The notes under the pieces were generated by a model, which was not told where the DNA came from, searched no databases, and saw only the letters and a program-made list of their open reading frames with translations. A DNA stretch of 50,637 bases from a virus. The stretch is from the IMG/VR virus record IMGVR_UViG_3300027800_000005; one strand, given 5' to 3'. Positions within the stretch are counted from its first letter, which is position 1. Each line of letters starts with the position of its first letter. The translations under genes were made by a program, and so were the position numbers. Positions 26,273 to 35,930 of the stretch are shown in pieces.

Positions 26273-26704
26273 ATGGCAACAGAATTGAAAATCATTATGG
26301 AAAAGAAACCGGAGAATGCAAAGGAGCTAGGTGAACTGATTACTAAGATTACCAATCAGTTTATCAAAGAGTACGGAGACGAAAAATCGCACAATGACAA
26401 CTTGTTCGTTTTGTGCGGTTGTCAGAATGGAGATACTATTGAAGATGGCAATAATGTGGCCACACCTATGGATATAGCGCAGATTATGTTTTGTAAACAT
26501 GGTGTGGCAATTGATGTTTTGCTTCAGTGTATCGGTGCATGGAGAAAAACATCACCTATGTTGTATCTGGACTTTTTGGCTAAGCTCTTTTCTTTTCTTG
26601 ATAAAGAAACCTCGACAGAAGAAAAAATGTTTTCTGCGATTTTGAGAGGTGACGACAAGAGAGGAATATCGGAGCTTATTGATAATTTGCTGGAAGGAAA
26701 GTAA
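26273..26704 (+). CDS. Hypothetical protein (143 aa).
   Basis: ORF in the operon context. No motif recognised. Confidence 0.5.
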   Translation: MATELKIIMEKKPENAKELGELITKITNQFIKEYGDEKSHNDNLFVLCGCQNGDTIEDGNNVATPMDIAQIMFCKHGVAIDVLLQCIGAWRKTSPMLYLDFLAKLFSFLDKETSTEEKMFSAILRGDDKRGISELIDNLLEGK

Positions 26705-26708
26705 CCCA

Positions 26709-27026
26709 ATGAAAGGTTTATTTGCGAGACAGAAAGTATTTCAGAGCAAGGTTTCGCATAAACCATTGCCGATTGACAGCTCACCGGATTTTTCATATCA
26801 TATGTGTTTAATGATAGAAGAACTCGGTGAGCTGGCCAAAACCGACAAACGGTGGAGAGCATCGGATGGTTTAGAGACTAAACCGAGTGGCAACAAACTT
26901 GATGAAATTGCTGATGTTTTCATTGTGGCTATGAATTTGGCAATGTATAGTGGTTACGAATATGAAGACGTTGTGCAGGCTATCACTAATAAGATTTCAA
27001 AAAACGAAGGGAGACTACCTAAGTGA
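26709..27026 (+). CDS. MazG-like all-alpha nucleoside triphosphate pyrophosphohydrolase.
   Basis: MIEELGELAKT and DEIADVFIVAMNLA match the EExxE...D metal-binding helices. The ATG at 26709 lies just after the upstream stop. Confidence 0.65.
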   Translation: MKGLFARQKVFQSKVSHKPLPIDSSPDFSYHMCLMIEELGELAKTDKRWRASDGLETKPSGNKLDEIADVFIVAMNLAMYSGYEYEDVVQAITNKISKNEGRLPK

Positions 27027-27472
27027 TTGATATGGAGGAAGAAATTAAGTACGATTTCTACTTTGCTAGCCCGTTTTTTAATGAGGAACAGGTTGAACGG
27101 GAAGAAGCGTTGAAGAAGATACTCAGAGATAAAGGCTACGTTGTCTTCAGTCCGAAAGAGGCAGTTTTCTTGAAGCCAGATGCATCACAGGAGGAACAAG
27201 CAGAGTGTTTCGCCAATAATCTTGACGGAATTATGATGTCGAAAGCTGTATTTGCAATTACCAATGGTAAAGACATGGGTACTATATGGGAGGCAGGCTT
27301 TGCTTATGGTATAGGCAAGCAGATTGTTTACTTTTGTGAAGGCCTTCCAACTGGTGCCCAATTCAATTTAATGCTCGCTCGTTCGGCATCCAGTGTATTT
27401 ACTTCAAGGGACGACGTTATTGCTGCAAAGGATGTTCTTGAAAAAACTTGGTATAAGGGGCTAATTGAATGA
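27023..27472 (+). CDS. Nucleoside 2-deoxyribosyltransferase family protein.
   Basis: FYFASPFFNEEQ and GTIWEAGFAYGIGK motifs. Start uncertain (GTG at 27023 or ATG at 27032). Confidence 0.7.
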   Translation: MIDMEEEIKYDFYFASPFFNEEQVEREEALKKILRDKGYVVFSPKEAVFLKPDASQEEQAECFANNLDGIMMSKAVFAITNGKDMGTIWEAGFAYGIGKQIVYFCEGLPTGAQFNLMLARSASSVFTSRDDVIAAKDVLEKTWYKGLIE

Positions 27473-28059
27473 ATACAGTAAAATCAGATTACCAACTTTC
27501 GGACATAGGCAGAAAAATATATGAGGTGTTTGGTGAACCGATAGTTGGACTATCAGGAATAACACGGTTTAGTAGAAGACTCAAGGTTAGAGATGAGAAC
27601 GTAGCAGAGCACATGTGGTATGTTTCATTCATAACATTGCAATTGTGCAAGATTTTGTGTGTCAATGATAATGTTACTAATCTTGCATTAAAATATGCAA
27701 TATGTCATGACGTTCCAGAACTAGTTCTTGACGATGTGAACCATGACGTAAAGGAGAGATTTCCAGGGATTAGGCAGTCGCTTGAAGGCGAAGAAGAGGT
27801 TTTGTTTGGTATGTTGGGTGAAGATATTAAGGCAACCCACATTCCTACAGACAGCAGAAACCACAAGATTGCAAAACTAATCGTTGACCTTGCTGACGTA
27901 CATTCGGTTGCTATGTATATGTTTTCTGAAATAAACTTAGGAAATATGTATTTTAGCAACGAATACGGAGAACCAATAGCGAGGATAAAAGAGTTGGAGA
28001 ATGAACTATGGAGGGTTTTGGATTATGGCAGTGAAGCTGACAAAGACATCCTATGGTGA
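27469..28059 (+). CDS. HD-domain phosphohydrolase (5'-deoxynucleotidase YfbR-like).
   Basis: NVAEHMWYV (His) and ICHDVPELVLDD (HD) motifs. Confidence 0.65.
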   Translation: MNTVKSDYQLSDIGRKIYEVFGEPIVGLSGITRFSRRLKVRDENVAEHMWYVSFITLQLCKILCVNDNVTNLALKYAICHDVPELVLDDVNHDVKERFPGIRQSLEGEEEVLFGMLGEDIKATHIPTDSRNHKIAKLIVDLADVHSVAMYMFSEINLGNMYFSNEYGEPIARIKELENELWRVLDYGSEADKDILW

Positions 28060-28987
28060 AAAACCAGAAACAAGATTTGTTAACAACCTTTATGCGATTA
28101 AAGTTAGGTTAACAGATAGCCAAGCTTTTGCAAGACTACTTTCATATTTGCCAGATTTTGTTAGGGCAACTTATAGCGAGAGTCCCAATGCACAGTTTTC
28201 TGATATTGAACGTCTTGCTATTGTTAGAGACGTTTTCATGGGTAGGAGTTTACCCACTTCGCAAGAGACGATAGGTCTGACTTTTGTGATTGACGGCATA
28301 GACCTAACGACTGTGACACATCTTATTAGGCATAGGCAAGGTAGTTATTCTGCCGACTGCAGTGCCGAAAAGTGGTGGCATAAAAAAGATGCTTTGGTAC
28401 CAAGCTCAATCGGTAATTCACCCGAGCTGTATGAAAGGTACCAGAAAATTATAAGAGAGTCGAAACAGTTGTATTGTGACATGATTGATACCGGTGACAT
28501 ATCCATTATGGATGCAAGGTTTATTCTGCCTCGTTGTTTGTCGACATATTACTTTGCACATTTTCCTTTGAATGCAGCGATAGCATTTATTAAACAAAGG
28601 GTCGACCGGCAGATTCAACCTGAGTCTGATAACATTATTGCATACCAGATGTATATTGAGTTGCTTAAGGCATATCCTTTAGCAAATGGTTTAATAAACA
28701 TCGATGCCCAAGATAAACTGTACCTGTTATTAAAAGAGAAACAAGGGCCGATGTTTAAACCTGAACCGAAGAACGATGTATGGGAGCACAATGACGAAGA
28801 CTTTTTGTACCCCAAACTACGTTCAGAAATGAAAGGTACTGGACCGAGAAAAAGTGAGTTTGATACACTCTACAAGTTTTATTCAGATGAGATAAAAGAG
28901 ATAGAGTGGTACAACTCAGAGTGGCTCAAAAAGAACTATGGAATTACTTTTGAGGAACTCGATAAATTGGAGGTGCCGCTCAGATGA
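28025..28987 (+). CDS. thyX: Divergent flavin-dependent thymidylate synthase (ThyX)-like protein.
   Basis: THLIRHRQGSYSADCS fits the RHR-x8-S ThyX signature, but the rest is divergent. RBS ggaggg lies before the ATG at 28025. Confidence 0.55.
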   Translation: MAVKLTKTSYGEKPETRFVNNLYAIKVRLTDSQAFARLLSYLPDFVRATYSESPNAQFSDIERLAIVRDVFMGRSLPTSQETIGLTFVIDGIDLTTVTHLIRHRQGSYSADCSAEKWWHKKDALVPSSIGNSPELYERYQKIIRESKQLYCDMIDTGDISIMDARFILPRCLSTYYFAHFPLNAAIAFIKQRVDRQIQPESDNIIAYQMYIELLKAYPLANGLINIDAQDKLYLLLKEKQGPMFKPEPKNDVWEHNDEDFLYPKLRSEMKGTGPRKSEFDTLYKFYSDEIKEIEWYNSEWLKKNYGITFEELDKLEVPLR

Positions 28988-29436
28988 TGATAGTTTTTGA
29001 AGGTTTTGACAAGAGTGGCAAAACATCCATTATCAAGGAGTTTAATAAAGCTACAAATTACGAACACGTAGTTTTTGACAGAGGACCTTGGAGTTGCATG
29101 TTTTTTGACAAAGTTATTCGTGGTGACAATTATATGTATTGTGTTCATCAGCAAAATGCTAAAATATTATCGCTCAGCATAGAGTTGATAGTATTTTGTA
29201 TGTGTCAAAAAGAACTTGCAATTGAGAGATTGTCAAATGCAGACGAAGACATTCCTACATACTTTGATGATTACGAGAAAAATTTATCAACCTATATGGA
29301 GTTGCTTGAAAAAAACCATTATGGAACCGATGTTTTGTTTTTGCCAACCGATTGCACCACAATTAAAGGCAGCGTAGAACACATATTGAACTACATCAAT
29401 GCTAAGAAGGCGGCGAATAAGGATGGGGTACTTTGA
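28984..29436 (+). CDS. dNMP / thymidylate kinase-like P-loop kinase.
   Basis: IVFEGFDKSGKTS P-loop in the Tmk-type context. ATGA overlap with the ThyX-like gene. Confidence 0.6.
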   Translation: MMIVFEGFDKSGKTSIIKEFNKATNYEHVVFDRGPWSCMFFDKVIRGDNYMYCVHQQNAKILSLSIELIVFCMCQKELAIERLSNADEDIPTYFDDYEKNLSTYMELLEKNHYGTDVLFLPTDCTTIKGSVEHILNYINAKKAANKDGVL

Positions 29437-32173
29437 CCTACACAGGCATACTGAGTTTTCATCTTTTGATGGTTTTGGAAAATCATCCGAACTCGCAATA
29501 ATCGCCAAAAACCTTGGGCAGACTGCACTTGGTATTTCAGACCATGGCAATACCCACGGATTGGTTAAGCATTGGCAGGAGTGTTTGAAGAATGACATTA
29601 AGCCAATTCTTGGTGTTGAAAGCTATTTTATGCCAAAGTATCAGGAGAAACACAGGGGCTGGCATTTGTGTATGTTTGCTAAAAACATTGCCGGTTATGA
29701 GAACTTGAATAGAGTTCAAACATTAGGAGATGCTAGAAAGTACTACAATCCAATTATTTTGTTTGATGACATAGCTGAAAATCATGATGGGTTGATAATA
29801 TCTACGGCTTGCGTTGGTTCATTCTGGGGAGATGCAGTAAAACATAAACGTACTGATGCTGCGGTAAGGTTGCTTTCAATGTTCAAAGAATTGCTAGGCG
29901 ATGATTTCTATGTTGAGATACAACCTTATACTATTTCTGTGAATGGTTTGCAAGAATATGTAAATACTACTATGGAACGTATAGCAAAAGAACTTGGTAT
30001 TCGTTGTATACTGACATCAGATAGTCACAGAGGCCTAAGGGATGATTTCCCTTCGTACCTTAAACTGCATGAAATAGCCGGACATGATTTGGAAGATATA
30101 ACTAAAACATACAAACATCGTTATATGCCATCCGAATCAGAAATAATCCAAAGGTACGTTAAGATGCACGGTAACAAAGTGTTGGCCGAGGAATACGTTG
30201 AGAATATAGGAATACTTGAGGCTTCGGTTGATAAAGATATTCTTGGACAACTTTCGCTTGGCATGCCAGAGTTTGATAAAGAAAAGAGTAGCAAAGAACT
30301 ACTTCGTAGTATGGCAGTTAAAGGTTTAAAAGAAAAAGGCAAATGGAACGAGGAATACAAAGCTCGATTAAAATGCGAGATGGAAATTATTGAGTACCAT
30401 GGCTTTAGTGATTATTTCCTTATGGTCAGAGATTATACCACTTATGCAAAGACACATGGAATAGCAGTTGGCCCGGGCAGAGGTTCTGCTTGTAATTGCT
30501 TAGTCTCTTGGGCAGTGGGAGTTACAGATGTAGACCCAATAAAATTTGGACTGGATTACCACAGATTCATCAGAAAAGACAAAAAGAAAATGCCAGATAT
30601 TGACCTTGACTTTCAAACGAGCAGGCGAGAAGAGGTTATCGAATATCTTGTCGGTAAATATAAAGATAATAGTGCACAGATTGTGAGCTATGGGTTGTAT
30701 AAACCAGACAATTTAATCAATGACCTTGCAAAGGTATGCGGACTCAATTCAACCGGTGATATTCCAGACGAAATTAAGCAAGACAGAAAGCAGAAGATTG
30801 ATGAAATTAAACAGTACCTTCACCAATTTACAAACGACCAGGCCGGTACTATTGATACTGAAACTTTGTTTAAGAACAAGAAGACTGCAGACTACAATAG
30901 CAATTATGATGATATTATAACCCACTATACAAAGTTGTTCAGAAAAGTTAGGTATGTTGGAACTCACGCTGCGGGTGTGGCAGTTGTATCATCGAATATT
31001 TTGCAATACAGTGCATTAAAAACAAAGGACGATAAAGGCAGAAATAAACGGTATATTGCCTATGACCTTGTTGATGCAGAGTCCATAAACATTATGAAAT
31101 TTGACATACTCGGGCTAAACACAATGGAGTCGTTATCTCAATTAAGGGAACTATCAGGCAATCCACCCGATGTAGACGTAATGCTTTCAGATGATGAGAT
31201 ATGGAACAGATTCAGGATTGGAGACACTGACGGAATATTTCAACTTGAAAGTCCTACGGCAAAGGCAATTTTACAATCTATTAAACCAGACAATTTCGAT
31301 GATTTATCTGCATGCAGTTCTATTAACAGACCTGGTCCATTATCGTTGAAAACTCACGAGAAATATGCAGAGAACAAAGAGAAGGCAAAACAAGGTTTAA
31401 TCACTTTTGATGGACCGTATACTCGGTTTTTGAAAGACACTTATGGTACCATGATTTATCAAGAGCAGGTTCAACTGATAGCAACTGAGGTTGGAGGGAT
31501 GAAATGGGAAGATGCAGACAAGATTATTAAACTTGGTTCTGGAGGTGCTAAAACTACAGCGGCTATCCAATACCAGAAACAACTTAAGGCTTACGAAGAA
31601 GAGTTTTGCAAGAACGCCAAGAAGTTCGGTATTGGTCGAGAAGAGGGTGGGCATTTGTTTAACGAGTTTTTTAACTATTCATTCAACAAAGGCCACAGTA
31701 CTGGGTACAGTTTAATAAGCTTGGAAGAAATGTGGCATAAGGTTCATCATCCACTTGAGTTCTGGACAGTAAAAATAAAGAATGCTGGCAGAGAGGACCA
31801 AGTCAGAACTTTCCTCGAAAGGGCAGTTGTTGATGGTTGTGTAATACTTTTGCCAAATGTAAACTATAGCAAATTCTATTCTATCAGATATATAGAAGGC
31901 GAACCCGGATTGCAGCAGGGTTACAGAGGGATAAAGAACGTTGGTGATAAAGCCTCGGAATACATAAGCGAAGAGAGGCAGAAAAATGGACCGTTTCATT
32001 CAATAGAAGAATTTACTGAGAGGTGTAAAAGCCGATGCGTTACATCAAGAGTTATCAGTGCATTGCTTGAGAACGGAGCATTGGACTTTGACAAAAAGAA
32101 CTATATACAGAGGGTAAAGCAATACAACAGAACTTTGTATATGAAGGCATTAAACAGTCGTGGTAATAATTAA
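29423..32173 (+). CDS. dnaE: DNA polymerase III alpha (DnaE-type, PHP domain), short form (~916 aa).
   Basis: PHP motifs DLHRHTEFS and ISDHGN.HG. Polymerase core GPGRGSA and PDIDLDF, plus finger motifs NKGHS. Confidence 0.85.
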   Translation: MGYFDLHRHTEFSSFDGFGKSSELAIIAKNLGQTALGISDHGNTHGLVKHWQECLKNDIKPILGVESYFMPKYQEKHRGWHLCMFAKNIAGYENLNRVQTLGDARKYYNPIILFDDIAENHDGLIISTACVGSFWGDAVKHKRTDAAVRLLSMFKELLGDDFYVEIQPYTISVNGLQEYVNTTMERIAKELGIRCILTSDSHRGLRDDFPSYLKLHEIAGHDLEDITKTYKHRYMPSESEIIQRYVKMHGNKVLAEEYVENIGILEASVDKDILGQLSLGMPEFDKEKSSKELLRSMAVKGLKEKGKWNEEYKARLKCEMEIIEYHGFSDYFLMVRDYTTYAKTHGIAVGPGRGSACNCLVSWAVGVTDVDPIKFGLDYHRFIRKDKKKMPDIDLDFQTSRREEVIEYLVGKYKDNSAQIVSYGLYKPDNLINDLAKVCGLNSTGDIPDEIKQDRKQKIDEIKQYLHQFTNDQAGTIDTETLFKNKKTADYNSNYDDIITHYTKLFRKVRYVGTHAAGVAVVSSNILQYSALKTKDDKGRNKRYIAYDLVDAESINIMKFDILGLNTMESLSQLRELSGNPPDVDVMLSDDEIWNRFRIGDTDGIFQLESPTAKAILQSIKPDNFDDLSACSSINRPGPLSLKTHEKYAENKEKAKQGLITFDGPYTRFLKDTYGTMIYQEQVQLIATEVGGMKWEDADKIIKLGSGGAKTTAAIQYQKQLKAYEEEFCKNAKKFGIGREEGGHLFNEFFNYSFNKGHSTGYSLISLEEMWHKVHHPLEFWTVKIKNAGREDQVRTFLERAVVDGCVILLPNVNYSKFYSIRYIEGEPGLQQGYRGIKNVGDKASEYISEERQKNGPFHSIEEFTERCKSRCVTSRVISALLENGALDFDKKNYIQRVKQYNRTLYMKALNSRGNN

Positions 32174-32186
32174 GGAGGGAAGACTC

Positions 32187-33110
32187 ATGGCAAATAAACC
32201 GCAGGATGACCCAGAGGAAATAAAACGCAGACTGATGAAAGTGTCATCAGAAATAAACAAGAACCAGGGTGATGGCACAGTTTACTCACTTGGTAAAACA
32301 GACCAGCTCAAGATAAGAAGGTGGAGTACTGGAATAGCTGACCTTGACAATATTACAGGAGGTGGTATGCCTTGCGGAAGGGTTGTTGAGATTTTTGGTG
32401 GAGAAGGTGCTGGTAAAACTACACTATGCTACCACCTAATGGCAAGAAATATCTACGCAGTTGATATTCCAATAGAGGGAACATTTGACCCGGTTCGTGC
32501 GAGGGTTTTTGGAAACACAACATCCAATCTTCTCATTTGTCGAGCAAAGTATGGTGAAGAGGCTATGTCTGCGATGTCTCAATATATCAAAACTGGTGTG
32601 CCGTTGATTTGCCTCGATAGTCTACCATCGTGCATACCAAAAGAGGATATAGAGAAGATGGCCAAGGCAATAAAATCTGGCGAGCCTTTTGACCCACGTA
32701 TGGGTGGAATACCGAGACTCATGGGAAAATACTTGCATGACCTGACTGTTCAGGCTGAACAATATGATACCACACTTATTTTCGTCAACCAGATAAGAGA
32801 TAAAATGAATGCTATGATGTTTGGTGAGAAAACAGATACACCAGGTGGCCATCTACTTAGGCATATGTACTCATTGAGAATACAGGTTGCAAGAAAATGT
32901 TGGATTGAGGTACCAAACAAAAATCCAAGTGTTACATCAGAAACAGAAAAGGTTGGCATGGTTATGAAATGCAAAGTCATTAAAAGTAAGGTATGCAATC
33001 CGATGGGCGAATGCGAAATTCCATTATTTTTCGACAGAGGTTTCGTATCATGGAATGATGTTGAGGATATAAGAAAAGAATTGATGCTAGCGAACAAAGA
33101 AAAATATTGA
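32187..33110 (+). CDS. recA: RecA-family recombinase.
   Basis: Walker A GGEGAGKTT. IFVNQIRDKM....FGEKTDTPGG is the RecA L1/L2 region pattern. RBS taaggaggg. Confidence 0.8.
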   Translation: MANKPQDDPEEIKRRLMKVSSEINKNQGDGTVYSLGKTDQLKIRRWSTGIADLDNITGGGMPCGRVVEIFGGEGAGKTTLCYHLMARNIYAVDIPIEGTFDPVRARVFGNTTSNLLICRAKYGEEAMSAMSQYIKTGVPLICLDSLPSCIPKEDIEKMAKAIKSGEPFDPRMGGIPRLMGKYLHDLTVQAEQYDTTLIFVNQIRDKMNAMMFGEKTDTPGGHLLRHMYSLRIQVARKCWIEVPNKNPSVTSETEKVGMVMKCKVIKSKVCNPMGECEIPLFFDRGFVSWNDVEDIRKELMLANKEKY

Positions 33111-33129
33111 TAAACAGGAGGCGTTGACC

Positions 33130-33948
33130 ATGAGCAGCATATCACAGGCCATACGAGAGGAGGCATCAACCAAGCACATTCCGATTCAGGACAACCGTTC
33201 AAAGAAGGTTTATGAGTTATTCGATGGCTTGTACCGGTTGTCCCCAGTCAACGAATTAGAATTAGAGTTTGAGCGGCAATTGTTTACGAGGGGTACTGGG
33301 TCATCCAGAGTGGGACTGCATACCTCGGCAATAATTGATTCAGAAAAGCATTATTGTTGTCGGGAGCAGGTACTATCTTTATTGTATGAACCAAGGAACA
33401 TGCAAAAAGATTTACCTACACCGACTTTACGCATCTTTGAAGAAGGTAACTATATTCATAGGAAATGGCAAAGATTATTTCTGCGAGGTAAACTTGCAAA
33501 TGTAAAAGACCTTGACGTTACCTGCTTTAACAAACAATATATGCTCGGCTTTAGCCCCGATGCAATCATAGAAATAAAAGGTAGAAAATTCATCGTCGAA
33601 GTTAAGAGTATGAATGAATTTGCATATAAGAGAGTAGATAGGCATTTGTCTGGTGAGAAACAATGTCGCATGTATATGTTTTTATCTGGTATAGAACACG
33701 GCATAGTTTTGATGGAAAACAAAAACAACCAGGACTTTAAGATTACCATGCTCGAGCATGACGAAAGTCTTATTGGTGATTACATAAGCAGACTTGAGGA
33801 GGTGGTTGGTTATTATGAGACTAAATGCGTGCCAGAAAGGCACGAAGGTTGCAAAACTAGCTTATCGAAAAGGTGCCTTGACTGTCCGATGTCGGCAGCA
33901 TGCTGGGGCACGAAGGAAGAAAGGCAGTTGCTAAGATTGCCTATTTAA
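33130..33948 (+). CDS. PD-(D/E)XK nuclease, Cas4-like (Cys cluster).
   Basis: FSPDAII...FIVEVKS gives the D...ExK motif. An N-terminal Cys (HYCCRE) plus C-terminal C.....C..C....C suggests a Fe-S cluster. AGGAGG lies 9 nt before the ATG at 33130. Confidence 0.65.
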   Translation: MSSISQAIREEASTKHIPIQDNRSKKVYELFDGLYRLSPVNELELEFERQLFTRGTGSSRVGLHTSAIIDSEKHYCCREQVLSLLYEPRNMQKDLPTPTLRIFEEGNYIHRKWQRLFLRGKLANVKDLDVTCFNKQYMLGFSPDAIIEIKGRKFIVEVKSMNEFAYKRVDRHLSGEKQCRMYMFLSGIEHGIVLMENKNNQDFKITMLEHDESLIGDYISRLEEVVGYYETKCVPERHEGCKTSLSKRCLDCPMSAACWGTKEERQLLRLPI

Positions 33949-33957
33949 GGAGTTGAT

Positions 33958-34167
33958 ATGATGAGAAAAGTGTACGACTTAATTGTTACAGGGAAAAACA
34001 AAACTTGGGGCTTGACAACAGAAATGGATGAGGAGTCTGCTGCAGATTGGCAAGCCGACGGAGTTGATTTATGTGAGGCTACGTGTGCAATTCCCGAATG
34101 GGTGAACGATTTGTACCTCACAAGAATTTGGTCATGGTTGCAGCATCACGGCTTTCTGCCGATATGA
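33958..34167 (+). CDS. Hypothetical protein (69 aa).
   Basis: RBS taaggag. No motif recognised. Confidence 0.5.
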   Translation: MMRKVYDLIVTGKNKTWGLTTEMDEESAADWQADGVDLCEATCAIPEWVNDLYLTRIWSWLQHHGFLPI

Positions 34168-34215
34168 AAGGAGGAATAGTCCGTAATTTTGATGTTGAAA
34201 AGGGAGTGGTAAATA

Positions 34216-34902
34216 ATGCCTGCAACTAAAAACATAGAGGGGATATGTGGTAAACTCATAAACGACCAATATCAATATCGAACTTTATGTTTAGGTATAG
34301 ACCAGGCCTACGGAGATACTGGGATTGCATTGGCCGGTATTGACCGCAAAGGTAACATTGACATAATAACTTGTGGAAGTGTAGCACCTTTGCCAAACCA
34401 ACTTAAAGTAGAATATAGGGCATCTGTATGCCAAGCAATACAAAGGATAGTCAAAAAGTATAGATGTTACGGTGACGAGTTTTTTGCAGTATGCGAGTCC
34501 GTTAGGGTGCATACGGAAGGTGCAGTAAGCATTAGGAACCACTTGAACTGGGGAGCATTGCAAGGTAGCATGCACGACTGTTTATATAATTTACATGGAA
34601 TAACATTACGTACAGTAGATACTCGAGCCTGGAAGTCAGCAGTGGTTGGTACATCAAAGCCTGCATTAAAAGCACCAAGAGGGGTAGACCCGAAAAAGTG
34701 GCCAACAATACAATGCATTATGTATAAGTATGATATTTCAAAACAAAAGCTAACAAAGGTAATGACTCCTCGCAGCAAGAGCTATACGTGGGTAGATGAG
34801 AATGGCAACAAATGTACGTACAACAGCGACATTTCTGACGCTTGCGGTATAGCAATATACGGACTAGTACGCCCGCTAAACAAACTGCAGATGGCACCGT
34901 AA
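34216..34902 (+). CDS. RuvC-like Holliday junction resolvase.
   Basis: N-terminal LGIDQAYGDTGIAL (first catalytic Asp) and C-terminal SDISDACGIAIYG (last catalytic Asp). Confidence 0.55.
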   Translation: MPATKNIEGICGKLINDQYQYRTLCLGIDQAYGDTGIALAGIDRKGNIDIITCGSVAPLPNQLKVEYRASVCQAIQRIVKKYRCYGDEFFAVCESVRVHTEGAVSIRNHLNWGALQGSMHDCLYNLHGITLRTVDTRAWKSAVVGTSKPALKAPRGVDPKKWPTIQCIMYKYDISKQKLTKVMTPRSKSYTWVDENGNKCTYNSDISDACGIAIYGLVRPLNKLQMAP

Positions 34903-34931
34903 AATAATTATAAAAACTTTTGTAAAATCTA

Positions 34932-34960
34932 TTTACTTTTAGCAGAGGATGTGATACAAT
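34932..34960 (+). promoter_or_regulatory. Promoter P4 (extended -10, weaker -35).
   Basis: TTTACT 34932-37, 17-bp spacer, TG 34952-53, TACAAT 34955-60. Followed by ATAGAGA and AGCTATA repeats. Confidence 0.5.
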
Positions 34961-35012
34961 AGTAATAGAGACCAGCTATAGCTATATATACTAGCTATAA
35001 GGAGGAGATTTT

Positions 35013-35843
35013 ATGGCAACACTAAAACATTTCGACGAAAAGACTAAAACACTAACCCTTGAGTTCAGCAACATTAATTCTCTCGTCGAATACACAGAAC
35101 AACCTATTAACGAGTGCTTTGCAGGCAGAGAATTATCAAGCGAACGCGAAGGCGACTGGTCAGGTACCAAAACGTACGAAGAGGCTATCAAGTTCCTTAA
35201 GTTTGGTTGGGAAGCAGAGAGCGAAAAACTTTCTGGAAAACTCAAAATCGCAAAGATGAACCAACCTATTACTTCTCGTAGAAAGGTGTACCAAAGCGTT
35301 ACAGGTTATACGCCTATAGTTCCTAACTACCTGATGGGAATACCTACAAACATGCTCGACAGCAGACTGACCACAATCAAAAAGAAGGTTGTTACTTTAA
35401 ACAAAGACATCAGCTACAGCGCTTGGTATTCAGAAAATGCGATTGAAGACAACAGCGTTAAGGCATTTCAGATTGTGCAGGCTCTTGAGGCCAACGGTAC
35501 TAGGTGCAACCTGAACATCGTATGGGGAGACGATTTGTATTCAGCAGTTAACGTTAAGCGGATACTGCTTAAGGTGCGGGTGAAGAACTCAAGCGAGCGT
35601 ATGAACATTAGCAAAACATCATTCCCAATGGTTAACCCGGGTATGCTGAGACGGATTCTTTTTCGGGTACTCGAAACGATACCTGAGCTTAAAAGAGAGG
35701 ACTCTGGAATATGCTGCGGCTACGGCAGACCGACTGAAAGCAAAGACCTTAAGTCTCTCGTCGAAAAGCAGAGCCAATATTATCTGAATAGAGATATAGC
35801 TAACCCGATAGACGCTGCAAAAGATTTTTCAAGAAAGTTGTAA
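35013..35843 (+). CDS. Hypothetical protein (276 aa) with its own promoter.
   Basis: RBS taaggagg. No motif recognised. Confidence 0.65.
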   Translation: MATLKHFDEKTKTLTLEFSNINSLVEYTEQPINECFAGRELSSEREGDWSGTKTYEEAIKFLKFGWEAESEKLSGKLKIAKMNQPITSRRKVYQSVTGYTPIVPNYLMGIPTNMLDSRLTTIKKKVVTLNKDISYSAWYSENAIEDNSVKAFQIVQALEANGTRCNLNIVWGDDLYSAVNVKRILLKVRVKNSSERMNISKTSFPMVNPGMLRRILFRVLETIPELKREDSGICCGYGRPTESKDLKSLVEKQSQYYLNRDIANPIDAAKDFSRKL

Positions 35844-35850
35844 AATATAG

Positions 35851-35879
35851 TTGACAAAGTACTCCAGATATGATACAAT
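35851..35879 (+). promoter_or_regulatory. Consensus promoter P5.
   Basis: TTGACA 35851-56, 17-bp spacer, TG 35871-72, TACAAT 35874-79. Confidence 0.75.
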
Positions 35880-35930
35880 AGCTACATAGAGACCAACCAT
35901 GCGTTCTCAAAAATTTAGGAGGTTGACACC

